Shown piece by piece: positions 1 to 10,479 of a stretch of 32,000 nt of DNA. The stretch lies in NCBI RefSeq assembly GCF_013177435.1, contig NZ_CP053627.1, forward strand, positions 1,530,001 through 1,562,000, read 5' to 3'. The translations under genes and the position numbers were made by a program. Position 1 is the stretch's first letter. Each line of letters opens with the position of its first letter. The notes under the pieces were generated by a model. That model was given only the letters and a program-made list of their open reading frames with translations, had not been told where the DNA came from and ran no database searches. The DNA comes from Xylella taiwanensis. Its GTDB lineage: Bacteria; Pseudomonadota; Gammaproteobacteria; Xanthomonadales; Xanthomonadaceae.

Positions 1-1466
1 GCACGGCCAACATGATCCGCGAGGCTGGTCTGCCGGTGCAGGACGTAGCCGATGTGACTGGCTTCCCGGAAATGATGGATGGCCGCGTGAAAACGCTGCA
101 CCCCGTGGTCCACGGCGGCCTGCTCGGACGCACCGGTATCGACGATGCGGTGATGGCCGCACACGGCATCGCAGCGATCGATCTGCTGGTATTGAATCTG
201 TACCCGTTCGAACAGATCACCGCCAAAAAAGATTGCACGCTGGCCGAGGCGGTAGACACCATCGATATCGGTGGCCCGGCGATGCTGCGCTCAGCGGCAA
301 AGAATTTCGCGCGCGTGGCCGTGGCAACGTCACCGGATCAGTATCCCGAGCTGCTTGCTGAACTCAACGCACACCACGGCCAGCTTTCAGCCAACACCCG
401 TTTTGCATTGGCCGTGACGGCGTTCAACCACGTTGCCCGGTACGATGCGGCCATCAGCAACTATCTTTCGAGCGTCTCCGACACGGAGATGGCGGTGCCG
501 CTGCGGGATGAATTCCCGGCCCAGTTGAACCATACCTTCGTGAAAGTGACGGAGCTGCGTTACGGTGAAAACCCGCATCAACGGGGCGCGTTCTACCGCG
601 ATGTGCATTTGCAGCCCGGGACGCTGGCGACCTTCCAGCCACTCCAGGGCAAGACACTCAGCTACAACAACCTCGTCGACGCCGACGCCGCCTGGGAATG
701 CATCCGTGAACTCGAAGCGCCAGCCTGCGTCATCGTCAAACATGCCAACCCCTGTGGCGTCGCGATCGGGATGACCTGCGGTGAGGCTTACGCAGCAGCG
801 TATGCCACGGATCCAACCAGTGCGTTTGGCGGCATTATTGCTTTTAACCGCATGCTGGATGCGGTCACCATGCAAAGCATATTGGATCGTCAATTCGTCG
901 AGGTGTTAATTGCACCGGATTACGCTGAGGATGCCCTTTCCTATGCAACCAAGAAGGCCAATGTGCGCGTGTTGCGTATCCCAGAAGGTCGCGGGATGAA
1001 TCAGTACGATTTTAAGCGTATCGGCTCCGGACTGCTGGTCCAAAGCGCCGATACCATGCACATCCATTCCGATGTGCTCAGGACGGTAACCAAGCTTGCT
1101 CCCACCGATGCACAACAACGCGATCTGCTGTTTGCCTGGCACGTGGCCAAGTACGTCAAGTCCAACGCCATTGTTTACGCCAAGGACAATCGCACCATTG
1201 GCATCGGCGCCGGACAAATGAGTCGCGTGTATTCAGCGCGCATCGCTGGCATCAAGGCGGTCGACGCCCATCTGGCTGTCGCAGGCTCGGTGATGGCGAG
1301 CGATGCGTTCTTCCCATTCCGCGACGGCATTGATGCCGCCGCCGCCGCTGGCATCAATGCCGTGATTCAACCAGGCGGTTCGATGCGTGATAACGAGGTG
1401 ATCGCGGCAGCCAACGAACATGGGATTGCGATGGTCTTCACCGGGGTGCGCCATTTCCGGCACTGA
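1..1466 (+). CDS. purH: Bifunctional AICAR transformylase / IMP cyclohydrolase PurH, 5'-truncated by the window edge (frame starts at nt 3, about 40 N-terminal codons missing)
   Basis: The translation carries PurH hallmarks: [82 protein letters not shown], and the C-terminal [11 protein letters not shown] followed by a stop at 1464-1466. Confidence 0.95.
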   Translation, partial: TANMIREAGLPVQDVADVTGFPEMMDGRVKTLHPVVHGGLLGRTGIDDAVMAAHGIAAIDLLVLNLYPFEQITAKKDCTLAEAVDTIDIGGPAMLRSAAKNFARVAVATSPDQYPELLAELNAHHGQLSANTRFALAVTAFNHVARYDAAISNYLSSVSDTEMAVPLRDEFPAQLNHTFVKVTELRYGENPHQRGAFYRDVHLQPGTLATFQPLQGKTLSYNNLVDADAAWECIRELEAPACVIVKHANPCGVAIGMTCGEAYAAAYATDPTSAFGGIIAFNRMLDAVTMQSILDRQFVEVLIAPDYAEDALSYATKKANVRVLRIPEGRGMNQYDFKRIGSGLLVQSADTMHIHSDVLRTVTKLAPTDAQQRDLLFAWHVAKYVKSNAIVYAKDNRTIGIGAGQMSRVYSARIAGIKAVDAHLAVAGSVMASDAFFPFRDGIDAAAAAGINAVIQPGGSMRDNEVIAAANEHGIAMVFTGVRHFRH

Positions 1467-2363
1467 ACGGAAATGCGTTATGGCTTGGATGGCTGCACAT
1501 GGCACAGCCGCTTCAAAGGATGCGATGCAAATTAGGGAAACCAAGCAATGGTAGGTACCCCGCACATCAGCACGTTGAAGATTCGGAACGTCCATCCCAT
1601 TGATTGCCAGTGTTGAAGAACATAACGCCACGCGCCCTCTGACTGACATCGTATGGTCACAGGACATCTCCTGTCTGTAACACGTTCACTTGCACAATAA
1701 ATATTCCGATGTGGGCCGCTACCCACGATTCCTGCCTGGATTCAGGTGCGCCTATCACGTGTCGGCATGTGAATCAGCCAGGCTGGAAGACGACTTCCAT
1801 AGGATCAAGATGCCCTGGGCAAACCACGACAATGCCAGGGGGAGCACCAGCAGACATAAGAATTAAAAACATGTACCAGCCATGCTGTGCTCATCATCAA
1901 GATCAACAACCAATGAATCGAGGATGCACGCATGCGCATGATTGGCCGGGAATCCATTGAGCAACACAATAACGTTCCCGAGGTGCTTGAAAAAGCGCGC
2001 CAGCGGCGTCACGGCAGAAACAGCACATTACTGCGTTGCAGTGTGAAAGTGTTGATACGATAGCGGGCATTGGCACCCCTTCGGAATGGCATCTCTGTAG
2101 AGGCATCAACGGAGGCGGATCGCACACACATCTTCTTGAACTTCGATGCAATCGAAAAAATCAAAGGTCTTTGAACAGGTCATGAAACAGCACCGCCGTT
2201 TCAATGAGGGCTGGCATCGCAAGCATCATAGGTAACATCCCCCATCAGTCAGCCACAGACCGCGACGCTTCCTTGCACTTTTTTAAATGACACCTCACAA
2301 CGGCATTGATCTGAACGTCATGCTGAAATGCGCTTCCCTCTCCATTCATCCATGTAATGTCCT

Positions 2364-3653
2364 ATGAAACTCCTTGTCATCGGTTCTGGCGGCCGTGAAC
2401 ATGCGCTGGCTTGGAAACTCGCCCAATCTCCGCGTGTCTCCGAAATCATCGTGGCTCCCGGCAACGCCGGCACCGCAACAGAGACTAAATGCCGTAATGC
2501 GCCTGTGCAGGTCACCGACCTGGACGGACTGCTGGCGTTGGCGCAGCGCGAAGCGGTGCATCTGACCGTGGTAGGCCCTGAAGTGCCGCTGGTCGCTGGC
2601 ATTGTCGACTGCTTCCGCGCAGCTGGGATGCGTATTTTCGGGCCGACAGCCGCCGCCGCACGATTAGAAGGCAGTAAAGCCTATGCAAAAGACTTTCTGG
2701 CCCGCCACCGTATCCCCACCGCGCGCTACGCGGTGCATACCAATGTCGATGCTGCAATCACTTACGTACGCGAACAGGGCGCTCCGATTGTCATAAAAGC
2801 CGATGGTTTGGCGGCAGGCAAAGGAGTGATTGTGGCGATGACAGTGACCGAGGCCGAGGTGGCAATACGCGACATACTGTCCGGAAACGTGTTCGGTCAT
2901 GCGGGCGCACGCGTGGTCATCGAGGACTATCTCAATGGAGAGGAAGCCAGTTTCATTTCGATGGTCGACGGTACACACGCGCTACCGATGGCCACGTCGC
3001 AAGATCACAAGCGCGTCGGTGACGGCGACATGGGCCCCAATACGGGGGGCATGGGCGCTTACTCACCCGCGCCGGTCATCACGGACGAGATCCATGCGCG
3101 GGTGATGCGCGAGATCGTCAACCCGACCGTGGCGGGCATGATCGCTGACGGTACGCCCTTCATGGGCTTTCTCTACGCTGGCCTGATGATTGATGCCAGT
3201 GGTGCGCCCAAAGTCATCGAGTTCAACGTGCGCTTCGGGGACCCGGAAACTCAACCGGTGATGGTGCGTTTGCAATCCGATCTGCTGGAACTGATCGAAG
3301 CCGCACTCGATGGTCGTCTTGATGAGGTGCCAGCACAGTGGGATCCGCGCCCATCACTGGGTGTGGTGATGGCAGCGCGCCCTTATCCCGAGGCACCCAT
3401 CACCGGCGATATCATCTCCGGTCTGGAAGCACTCCCAGCCAACGTGAAGGTGTTTCATGCAGGGACTGCACTCGACGCAGCAGGCCGCATCGTCACGGCA
3501 GGCGGGCGCGTGCTGTGCGTCACCGCGCTCGGGAGCAACGTTTCCGAAGCACAGCGTAACGCCTACGCCGGTGTGGCATCGCTGCACTGGGCCAACGCCT
3601 TCCAGCGCAACGACATTGGCTGGCGCGCTATCATGCGCGAGCACGCTGCGTGA
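2364..3653 (+). CDS. purD: Phosphoribosylamine-glycine ligase PurD
   Basis: A 429-aa ORF begins MKLLVIGSGGREHALAWKLAQSP. It has ATP-grasp motifs (IVIKADGLAAGKGV, EEASF, VIEFNVRFGDPETQ) and sits downstream of purH as expected by synteny. Confidence 0.95.
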   Translation: MKLLVIGSGGREHALAWKLAQSPRVSEIIVAPGNAGTATETKCRNAPVQVTDLDGLLALAQREAVHLTVVGPEVPLVAGIVDCFRAAGMRIFGPTAAAARLEGSKAYAKDFLARHRIPTARYAVHTNVDAAITYVREQGAPIVIKADGLAAGKGVIVAMTVTEAEVAIRDILSGNVFGHAGARVVIEDYLNGEEASFISMVDGTHALPMATSQDHKRVGDGDMGPNTGGMGAYSPAPVITDEIHARVMREIVNPTVAGMIADGTPFMGFLYAGLMIDASGAPKVIEFNVRFGDPETQPVMVRLQSDLLELIEAALDGRLDEVPAQWDPRPSLGVVMAARPYPEAPITGDIISGLEALPANVKVFHAGTALDAAGRIVTAGGRVLCVTALGSNVSEAQRNAYAGVASLHWANAFQRNDIGWRAIMREHAA

Positions 3654-3754
3654 CTCGCGGCCAGCATCGGCAGGCGCTCTATGGAGGCTGTTTGATCAGC
3701 TTGCCCATGAACGCGCAGTGCCTACCGGCACTGTGCTGACCGCGTGCACGTTGT

Positions 3755-4000
3755 TCACTTTGGCTGGTTTTCCTGACCATTGTCCCCAGGACTCATGACC
3801 ACGCGGCCCTGGGCAAGTGCAATGGTTTCCGTGAAGTACTCGGCGTTGGCTGCGATCTCTATCACACTGCCATCCCGATTGAACTGAAATGCTACGAAGT
3901 CACGGATTGATTGCTGTGGCTTACATTGAAGCGACCCGCGATAATATTTCCACGCCGTAACCATGATGCCACCCCAGCGGCTCATTTTCTGGAACTGCAC
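3755..4000 (-). CDS. Small hypothetical ORF (81 aa from GTG 4000, or 76 aa from ATG 3985); no family recognised
   Basis: This is the only open minus-strand frame here. Its composition is hydrophilic and protein-like (WKYYRGSL, FNRDGSVIEIAANAEYF). No convincing RBS or homology is visible by eye. Confidence 0.25.
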   Translation of the reverse strand: MQFQKMSRWGGIMVTAWKYYRGSLQCKPQQSIRDFVAFQFNRDGSVIEIAANAEYFTETIALAQGRVVMSPGDNGQENQPK

Positions 4001-4099
4001 GTATGAAAATCGAGCCCATCATCCTGAAACATGTTCAGGGCTTCCGCAACGTTCATCTTAAAAACAGATCAGCATGTGTCGTGTTTGTTGTCGGGGTCA

Positions 4100-4124
4100 C
4101 CCGCTCAGGCGAGCGGGCGTTTTT
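4100..4124 (+). terminator. Rho-independent terminator-like hairpin
   Basis: The stem cccgctc (4100-4106) pairs with gagcggg (4111-4117) around the tetraloop aggc, followed by cgTTTTTc. It lies about 100 nt inside the 354-aa plus-strand ORF 4003..5067. Confidence 0.5.
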
Positions 4125-4129
4125 CACTC

Positions 4130-5647
4130 TGTCCGGTTTGCTTGACCCGGGTCTCCAAGACAATTGCCGCACTGCCCTGGATACGCACCACCACTGCTGT
4201 GAAGCCCGCAGCCCTGGCTGCAATCCGCATCACAACGCCGTCCTAATTGAATTGCAATACAGCATGGAAACGAGCGGGGTTAAGTGGACGATGTCGTATT
4301 CCGTCTCGCTCGCGAAGGACGCACCCATCCCGGCCGTGCAGCAGAAACAATTACGCTACAAACGCGGACTCCATGACCGCCCAGGCGTGTTTCTGGATGG
4401 ATGTATCGGTCAGGGCTATGCAAGCAGCGCTGTGGAAGATGTGCATCCATCCGACAACGCACCGGACCGACAACATCAACAGGTTGCCCTGAATACGCTG
4501 GCCATTAAAGATCTGGGCGCATTTGAACGGTGTCAGTCCATCCGTACCTTCAAACACATCACAGGACACGGGCGTATCTCACATTCCCATATCGATACAG
4601 GGCATGGCTGCAACGTTGCGATCTTTCTCAATGGTCCAAAAGCAGGGACACACCGTGTGCCTGGTATCGCCTCGCCTGTACTCCGATCGATGGACAAGAA
4701 CTCTCTCACTCTGCATTTACAAGATCGTTCGTTCAGATTGCTTTTCCCTGATCGTGACGTGTCTGACAGGGTTCTGCTGTACGATCCGGCTCCCGACCTG
4801 ATGCCCTGCGTCGCAGCACCAGGGCATCATCGTGATCGGCAATTGCAATTAGTGATCGGGCAGCTAGAAACGTCCCCAAGATCCGCTGACAGCGGGAGAC
4901 CGGACCGTGTTGCAAGACATTACGGGGGGCGTGGGTTGGTCAAGTACCGCGACGGCATCAGGCGGCATCGCAGACACGACAATCAGAACATCACCCCCCC
5001 TATCACGGGGGACGGTCAACGCGGCCATGGGTGGCAACCAATCTTCAAAAGGATTCATCCAGGATGAAAGCGCTGCGCTTGCTGCTGGAGGAAATATTGG
5101 CTCGCCGCCTACCGGGCCGTTTTCTGCAGTGCTTACGGGTACTGGTCAAAGGAATGGATCATCGATTGATCGCTTGCAACGATACGCAGGATCAGAAACA
5201 GCCATTGGAACGCCGTATTGCCAGCGACACACATTCCCATAGAAGGGTTATCGCGCAGTGCGATCAGGATCACCTGCCAAATGACTGGGGGATGCAGCAA
5301 CATCTCATGCATGTTTGTCACACCTCCGGCACAGCGGCGTATGACATTGTTCATATCGCCTGGTGGGAATTGCAATCCTGCTATCCGGTGCTCTTCCAGT
5401 CGCTAGAGCACGCCTTAGAAATAGGCACACTAGCGCGACACCAGGGAAAACGCCGCTGCAGATCTTCCAACGCATTCATCAGGCCAAGCCGGACACTAAA
5501 TATGCTCCCCCGGGACGATGACCAGAAAGTGACCTGTGCTCGACAGACTGGTCAATTTGCAGTGCTGGATCATCAGCATTGCAGTCATTTTTTCAACATG
5601 ATCGCCAGTATCAAGCGATTTGAAGCAGAACTTCTGGAAAGACCTGT
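4130..5647 (-). pseudogene. Probable decayed coding region; identity unresolved
   Basis: There is no intact minus-strand ORF, but protein-like fragments occur in shifting frames: GGDVLIVVSAMPPDAVAVLDQ, then after the G6/C7 homopolymers (4924-4929, 4994-5000) RILGTFLAARSLIAIADHDDALVLRRRASG, and the hydrophobic IWQVILIALRDNP..FQWLFLILRIV. The resemblance to an RCK/receiver-like fold is only tentative. Confidence 0.2.
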
Positions 5648-7867
5648 TTGACCAGCTCGAGTAAACATTGGATAGGGCACCTCACCTCCGAGCTCAATCG
5701 TCTATGGACGCATGAGAAAACGAGCTACGCCCTACGTGTGCTGATCACCCTCTCGGTCACCATCGCTGTCTGCTGGGAGACGGACCACCTTGATGCAGTA
5801 GCGAGCCTTTTCTTGGGAACAATTGCCAGTGCTATCGCAGAGACTGACGATAACTGGTTAGGTCGCAGCAAGGCGGTGCTGCTGTCGCTGCTGTGCTTTG
5901 CTGGTGCCGGGGCCAGCGTGGTCCTTTTATTTCCGCATCCAGCATTGTTTGTGCTGGGTATGGCGACCTCAACGTTCGCTCTGACCTTACTCGGTGCGCT
6001 CGGTGAGCGTTATGCCTTGATCGCTCAAGCCACTGTGGCTTTGGCCATCTATGCCATGATCGGCATTGACCACGGTGGAGAACAGCCATGGCAGGGTGTC
6101 GTGTTACTGATGATTGGTGCTGCCTGGTATGGGGCGCTGTCGATTCTATGGGTCCTGTTATTTGCCAACCGTCCAGTGCGCGAACGCCTGTCACGGCTGT
6201 TCGAAGAATTAGGCCATTACCTGCAACTTAAAGCCGATCTGCTGGAACCGGTGCGACAAAGTGACTTGTATGCCATACGCTTGGCGCTGTCCGAGCAGAA
6301 CGCACGCGTGGTCACCGCACTTAACGATGTGAAAGACGTGATCATTGCGCGCTTCGGTCGCTCTGGCCGGCCTGGTATGCGCTCCGGGGTGTACTTCCGA
6401 CTGTATTACATGGCTCAGGAGTTTCACGAACGCGCCAGTTCCTCACACTATCCATATGAGGCACTGACTGAGGCGTTCTTCCACAGCGATGTCCTCTATC
6501 GCTGCCAACGTCTGCTCAGCCTGCAAGGGTTGCTCTGCGCTGCGCTGGGGAAGGCTATCCAGCTAGGTCGGCCGTTTGTTTATAGTGAGGATACGAGTCT
6601 GGCCAGCGACGATTTATACAAGTCACTGAGCTTCTTAAAAAACCGTCCCAATGCCGCACAACGGCGCTTACTTGGCACGCTCGATCTGTTAGTGAGCAAT
6701 CTACAAACAATTGAGCGGCGTCTCTTCGAGGCTGCGCAGTTGGATACCGCCACCGAGCAGATGGACATGCGCTTAAGCGATTCCTCGCCACACACGTTGC
6801 GAGAGATGGTGGCACGCCTGGGGGAGCAACTCACCCCCAATTCGATACTGTTCCGGCACGGTCTACGTATGGCCATCGCATTGAGTGCTGGCTATCTGCT
6901 GATACATTCGATCAATACCAATAATGGCTACTGGATTCTGTTAACGACTGCCTTCGTCTGCCGCCCCCATTACGACGCGACCCGGTTGCGCTTGATACAG
7001 CGGATTCTCGGCACGCTGCTTGGCTTGGTGATCGCCTGGGTATTGATGCAGTTGTTCTCCAATACCTTATTACAGCTGGTGTTCGCTCTGCTCAGTACGC
7101 TGATCTTCATCCTCACCCGCACCGAACGTTATATGGTGGCTACCACTGCGATTACAGCGATGGTGCTGTTCTGTTTCAATCTGATCGGCAATGGTTTTGT
7201 ACTGATCTGGCCACGTCTGTTCGATACCTTAATTGGCTGTGCAATTGCCGCCGCCGCTGCGTTTTTGATTCTTCCTGATTGGCAGGGTCGACGGTTGCAC
7301 AAGATCTGCGCTCATGTCATTGACACTTGTGCGAACTATCTGGACAAGGTGCTTGTGTATTATCGTGGTCAGCCTGTTGATGACCTGGACTATCGCATTG
7401 CGCGCCGCGACATGAATAACGCGGATGCAGGATTGTCAGCAGCGTTGGCACATATGTTGCGTGAGCCTGGTCGTTATCGGCGTAATCTTGATACTGGGTT
7501 CCGCTTCCTGGCACTGACCAACACGCTACTGGGCCATCTGTCGGCGCTGGGCGTACATCGTGCACCACTGGCGGATATCTCAAACACAACGGAATTAGAG
7601 GAAGCAGGGGCTTATATAGAACAGGAATTGGAAGCAATCTCACATGCATTGGCAGCACGTACGGCTCCCCCCATGCCTGAAGCGCAGATCGAACAACGAT
7701 TGATCGATACACTGGAGGCAATCAAAGAATCCGACGACCGCACCCGTCACTTGCTCGCGACTCAGCTAACGTTGCTATTGCGATTGCTACCGCAACTGCG
7801 TGCCGCAGTCACTGCACTCATGCAGCCGGTGCCGGCTGAAGATATCCCGGAATTGGCCACGACATAG
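5648..7867 (+). CDS. YccS/YhfK-family (FUSC-like) integral membrane protein
   Basis: A 739-aa ORF with a TTG start. It has two multi-helix hydrophobic blocks separated by a soluble linker. Conserved stretches match E. coli YccS: YFRLYYMAQEFHERASSSHYPYE, FRHGLRMA, NGYWILLTTAFVCRPHYDATRLRL, ILPDWQ, IARRDMNNADA. Confidence 0.9.
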   Translation: MTSSSKHWIGHLTSELNRLWTHEKTSYALRVLITLSVTIAVCWETDHLDAVASLFLGTIASAIAETDDNWLGRSKAVLLSLLCFAGAGASVVLLFPHPALFVLGMATSTFALTLLGALGERYALIAQATVALAIYAMIGIDHGGEQPWQGVVLLMIGAAWYGALSILWVLLFANRPVRERLSRLFEELGHYLQLKADLLEPVRQSDLYAIRLALSEQNARVVTALNDVKDVIIARFGRSGRPGMRSGVYFRLYYMAQEFHERASSSHYPYEALTEAFFHSDVLYRCQRLLSLQGLLCAALGKAIQLGRPFVYSEDTSLASDDLYKSLSFLKNRPNAAQRRLLGTLDLLVSNLQTIERRLFEAAQLDTATEQMDMRLSDSSPHTLREMVARLGEQLTPNSILFRHGLRMAIALSAGYLLIHSINTNNGYWILLTTAFVCRPHYDATRLRLIQRILGTLLGLVIAWVLMQLFSNTLLQLVFALLSTLIFILTRTERYMVATTAITAMVLFCFNLIGNGFVLIWPRLFDTLIGCAIAAAAAFLILPDWQGRRLHKICAHVIDTCANYLDKVLVYYRGQPVDDLDYRIARRDMNNADAGLSAALAHMLREPGRYRRNLDTGFRFLALTNTLLGHLSALGVHRAPLADISNTTELEEAGAYIEQELEAISHALAARTAPPMPEAQIEQRLIDTLEAIKESDDRTRHLLATQLTLLLRLLPQLRAAVTALMQPVPAEDIPELATT

Positions 7868-8264
7868 CCCACCTATTCAACACCTGATGTAGGTGCGATG
7901 TTCTTCAGCGCCGCTTGGAAGCAACCGCCTCGTTTTCCCAATGCAAGCTTGGCGGGCTGACTGGACGACACTCAACCAGGAACGCGCATCAATGACGATG
8001 GACATCGACATAGTGGGCGCGAGTCACATTCTCAGCGGCGCTGCTACTGCGCATGTAACACGCATGGCAAGCCACTCACATCGCCACTGCGAAGCTCAAT
8101 CAAGTGGCAAGTGCCGCCAGGCTCAGACCTTGGCAACCGTCGGTGCTCCACGGTCAGACTGGCCGGTTTACTATTGTCATGCCCTCGGTATGATCCCAAA
8201 ATCAATGCACGCTGTAGATGGAGAAAGCAATGCACGTGATCAGGAATACGATCAGAGTATCCAG

Positions 8265-8940
8265 ATCACCGCGCGATGCTCATCTCATCGATACCAGAAA
8301 CAGAGGCAAGTTTGATCCCTGACAGGCCTATGCCGCTATGCTCAGTCTGTGAGTGGTGTGAGTAAGTCGGCCAATCCGGGAAATATTCTTCCGCCTGATG
8401 GTTCTATACGGCCTAATCTTTACGCGAGCCGCGTGCAAACAATTCCAAGTAAGGTCCAGGGCTGCAAGACTCTAACGCAGTAAAACTCATCTGGCGTGCG
8501 GGAATGTTCCCGTTTGTGGGCTACCCAGTCGTTGATCTGCTGTGACGTTCGGGCGTTCTTACCACGCAGTCCAAACAGCAGCGGTTCCGTGACATGACGG
8601 AATTAGAAACCGACTCCTCGACTATCTGAACGGCCATCCTTACAGATCTTGTGCCGCACCACGTTGCTTGTGTAGATGAAGCCCTAGGCTTCCAGCACCT
8701 TGATACCTTCAGGCAGTAGAGCATTACAGACCCAGAAGTAAAGCATCGTTCACTGGCAAGGTCATGATTTCAGCAAGATCCGTCGTTCCATCACGGGACA
8801 GCCGGTGATGTTCCGTGCGACTTTTCCCGTCGGATTCTGAAACTGTGCAGGTAGATACGCCAGGATCGTTGCAAACGTCTAACTATCATGCAGTTTCAGC
8901 TTCGGAGTGATGCCGAATACCAGGACCGGACAACCACCAT
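8265..8940 (-). pseudogene. MT-A70-family adenine DNA methyltransferase pseudogene (several frameshifts and in-frame stops)
   Basis: The minus-strand conceptual translation across frames gives ILAYLPAQFQNPTGK, MTLPVNDALLL, NALLPEGIKVLEA*GFIYTSNVV.HKICKDGRSDSRGVGF*FRHVTEPLLFGLRGKNARTSQQINDWVAHKREHSRTPDEFY, then PGPYLELFARGSRKD*AV*N.QAEEYFPDWPTY. The EHSR(K/T)PDEFY and GVGFYFRxxTE blocks are typical of MT-A70. The ATG at 8940 overlaps the upstream stop (TAATG). Confidence 0.6.
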
Positions 8941-9490
8941 TACAGTCGTTTCTCCATCCACATCCTGCTAGCAGCGTACTTGTTGTGTACCGTTTTAGGT
9001 TGACCGGCTTGCTTCACGGTTTTGAACAGGTCTGGTTCACCGGTTCTGGTCAGTCGCGGTACTACTTCCAAAACAGCGTTTAGCGTCTCGCTACGTGTCA
9101 CCATGGCACCTAAACTGATCAGACCGCACTCGTGGAATGCCCTCATCGCATATAGATCACGCTCGAAGGTCTGATCCTGCGAATACCATTCCAGATTAAA
9201 GGCAACACGACTCTTCACATCATTGATCTTGTGGCCGTCGATAAAGTGTTCAATCATCCGAGATGCGGAAGCACATCTCCTTGAATGCGGGCCTCGACTC
9301 ATCTGACTGAATGGAATGCGCCGGAATACTTTTGCGGCATGTCCGACTCACCATGCACCCCAATGCCCCGCACAGTGATATGAAAATCGAGCAAGGCCGG
9401 CTCAATCTCAGTCAGCACTTCGGGCAAGGAAGTTCTAACTAAAATCGCCGCAGCCTGACGATAGAGGTACACGTAATTCTGCAATCCCAC
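8940..9490 (-). pseudogene. BglII/BstYI-like type II restriction endonuclease pseudogene (frameshift near 9300)
   Basis: Two abutting ORFs (9490->9299 and 9302->8940) read in different frames. The core VAFNLEWYSQDQTFERDLYAMRAFHECGLISLGAMVTRSE resembles the (E)xx..DRDL....GVIITR block of BglII-like PD-(D/E)XK enzymes. It sits directly upstream of, and is translationally coupled to, the methyltransferase relic. Confidence 0.5.
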
Positions 9491-9580
9491 ATAAAAACCA
9501 AGTTCGACTTACCCGTAGCAAGGTCAGTTTAAAGTCAACCTTGCTTGACCCGGAAAGTCGCAGCAACACAGACAATCTAC

Positions 9581-10474
9581 TCAAGTGACCCAGCTAACAA
9601 TGATCAGCAATACCAGCAGCGCTATCCACAGCAACAACACTCGCCACACCAGGTTCATTGCATCACGCAACTCAGGCAAATGTCGCCACACCGAAACTAG
9701 ACCAGACTCGGTATAGTCAGTCGCTTCTTCACGCAGTTCGCCGCGCACGCTGGCACGCGCCACATCGCCGAGAAAAGCAAGCTCGAAGTTTAAACGGTTG
9801 CCACCTGCCTCACGCCAGGCACGAAACACGGTATCGAAGTTGCCTACAAGCGCCATCGACAGTGTCATCAGCTGTGCCACTGGCCATTCCATCATCGACA
9901 GAAAGCGACTCGCACCGCGCCTGTTAGCAGGCGGCAAATGTGCTGCTAAACGGCTCTCCACTGCCAGCGCAGTCAGTCGGTACAACACCGCACCAAACGG
10001 CCCTAGCAACAGAAACCAAAACAACAGTGCCAACCAACGCCGTAGTGCGTTAACCACCACAGCTTCAACCAACGAAGGGATATCGTCATACAGGCTACCA
10101 CCGGCTGCCTGTAGTTGCCTGACTGCCAAGTGTCGAGCTGACGCATCGTCAGCATCAATCACTGCTTCAACGTCACGGTCCAAATCGCGGGGCCCCCAGG
10201 TCCAAATCACCACAGCCACACCGAACAGTAATGAAAACAGACCGTGCCAAACACCGTCCAACCACCATTGCAGCAAAGCCACGGTCAACAACAGTGGTCC
10301 CAATGCTAACCCCAAGCCATATGAGGTCTGCCACAGGTCACGCATTTGGACCAGACGACCCATCCAAGCCAGCCAGCGGCCGAACCAGTCGAAAGAACGC
10401 AATGTTGCTACCTGGGAAGGGAACAGATGTCCCAACGCGAGTGCAACAATCACGGCTATCAGTGTAATGAACAT
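9581..10474 (-). CDS. ampE: AmpE-family inner-membrane regulatory protein
   Basis: A 297-aa polytopic membrane protein. Its N-terminus MFITLIAVIVALALGHLFP, internal LFWFLLLGPFGAVLYR and overall length and topology resemble E. coli AmpE. Confidence 0.8.
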   Translation of the reverse strand: MFITLIAVIVALALGHLFPSQVATLRSFDWFGRWLAWMGRLVQMRDLWQTSYGLGLALGPLLLTVALLQWWLDGVWHGLFSLLFGVAVVIWTWGPRDLDRDVEAVIDADDASARHLAVRQLQAAGGSLYDDIPSLVEAVVVNALRRWLALLFWFLLLGPFGAVLYRLTALAVESRLAAHLPPANRRGASRFLSMMEWPVAQLMTLSMALVGNFDTVFRAWREAGGNRLNFELAFLGDVARASVRGELREEATDYTESGLVSVWRHLPELRDAMNLVWRVLLLWIALLVLLIIVSWVT

Positions 10475-10479
10475 AATGG

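Noticed and set aside
387-893. A 168-aa minus-strand ORF and other small ORFs lie inside purH.
   Set aside because: They are antisense or shadow frames of a gene with unambiguous PurH homology on the plus strand.
4003-5067. A 354-aa plus-strand ORF, the longest unassigned ORF in the window, together with the overlapping 206-aa ORF 5031..5651.
   Set aside because: I did not call either as a CDS. The composition is rich in His, Arg, Cys and Gln with no motifs. A strong intrinsic terminator lies at 4100-4124 inside the ORF. Other plus frames are simultaneously open because of the C/A-rich strand bias. It is kept as a finding because I cannot formally exclude it.
7893-8315. A 140-aa plus-strand ORF lies downstream of the yccS-like gene.
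   Set aside because: It overlaps the 3' end of the minus-strand MT-A70 relic and has no protein-like features, so it is a by-product of strand bias.
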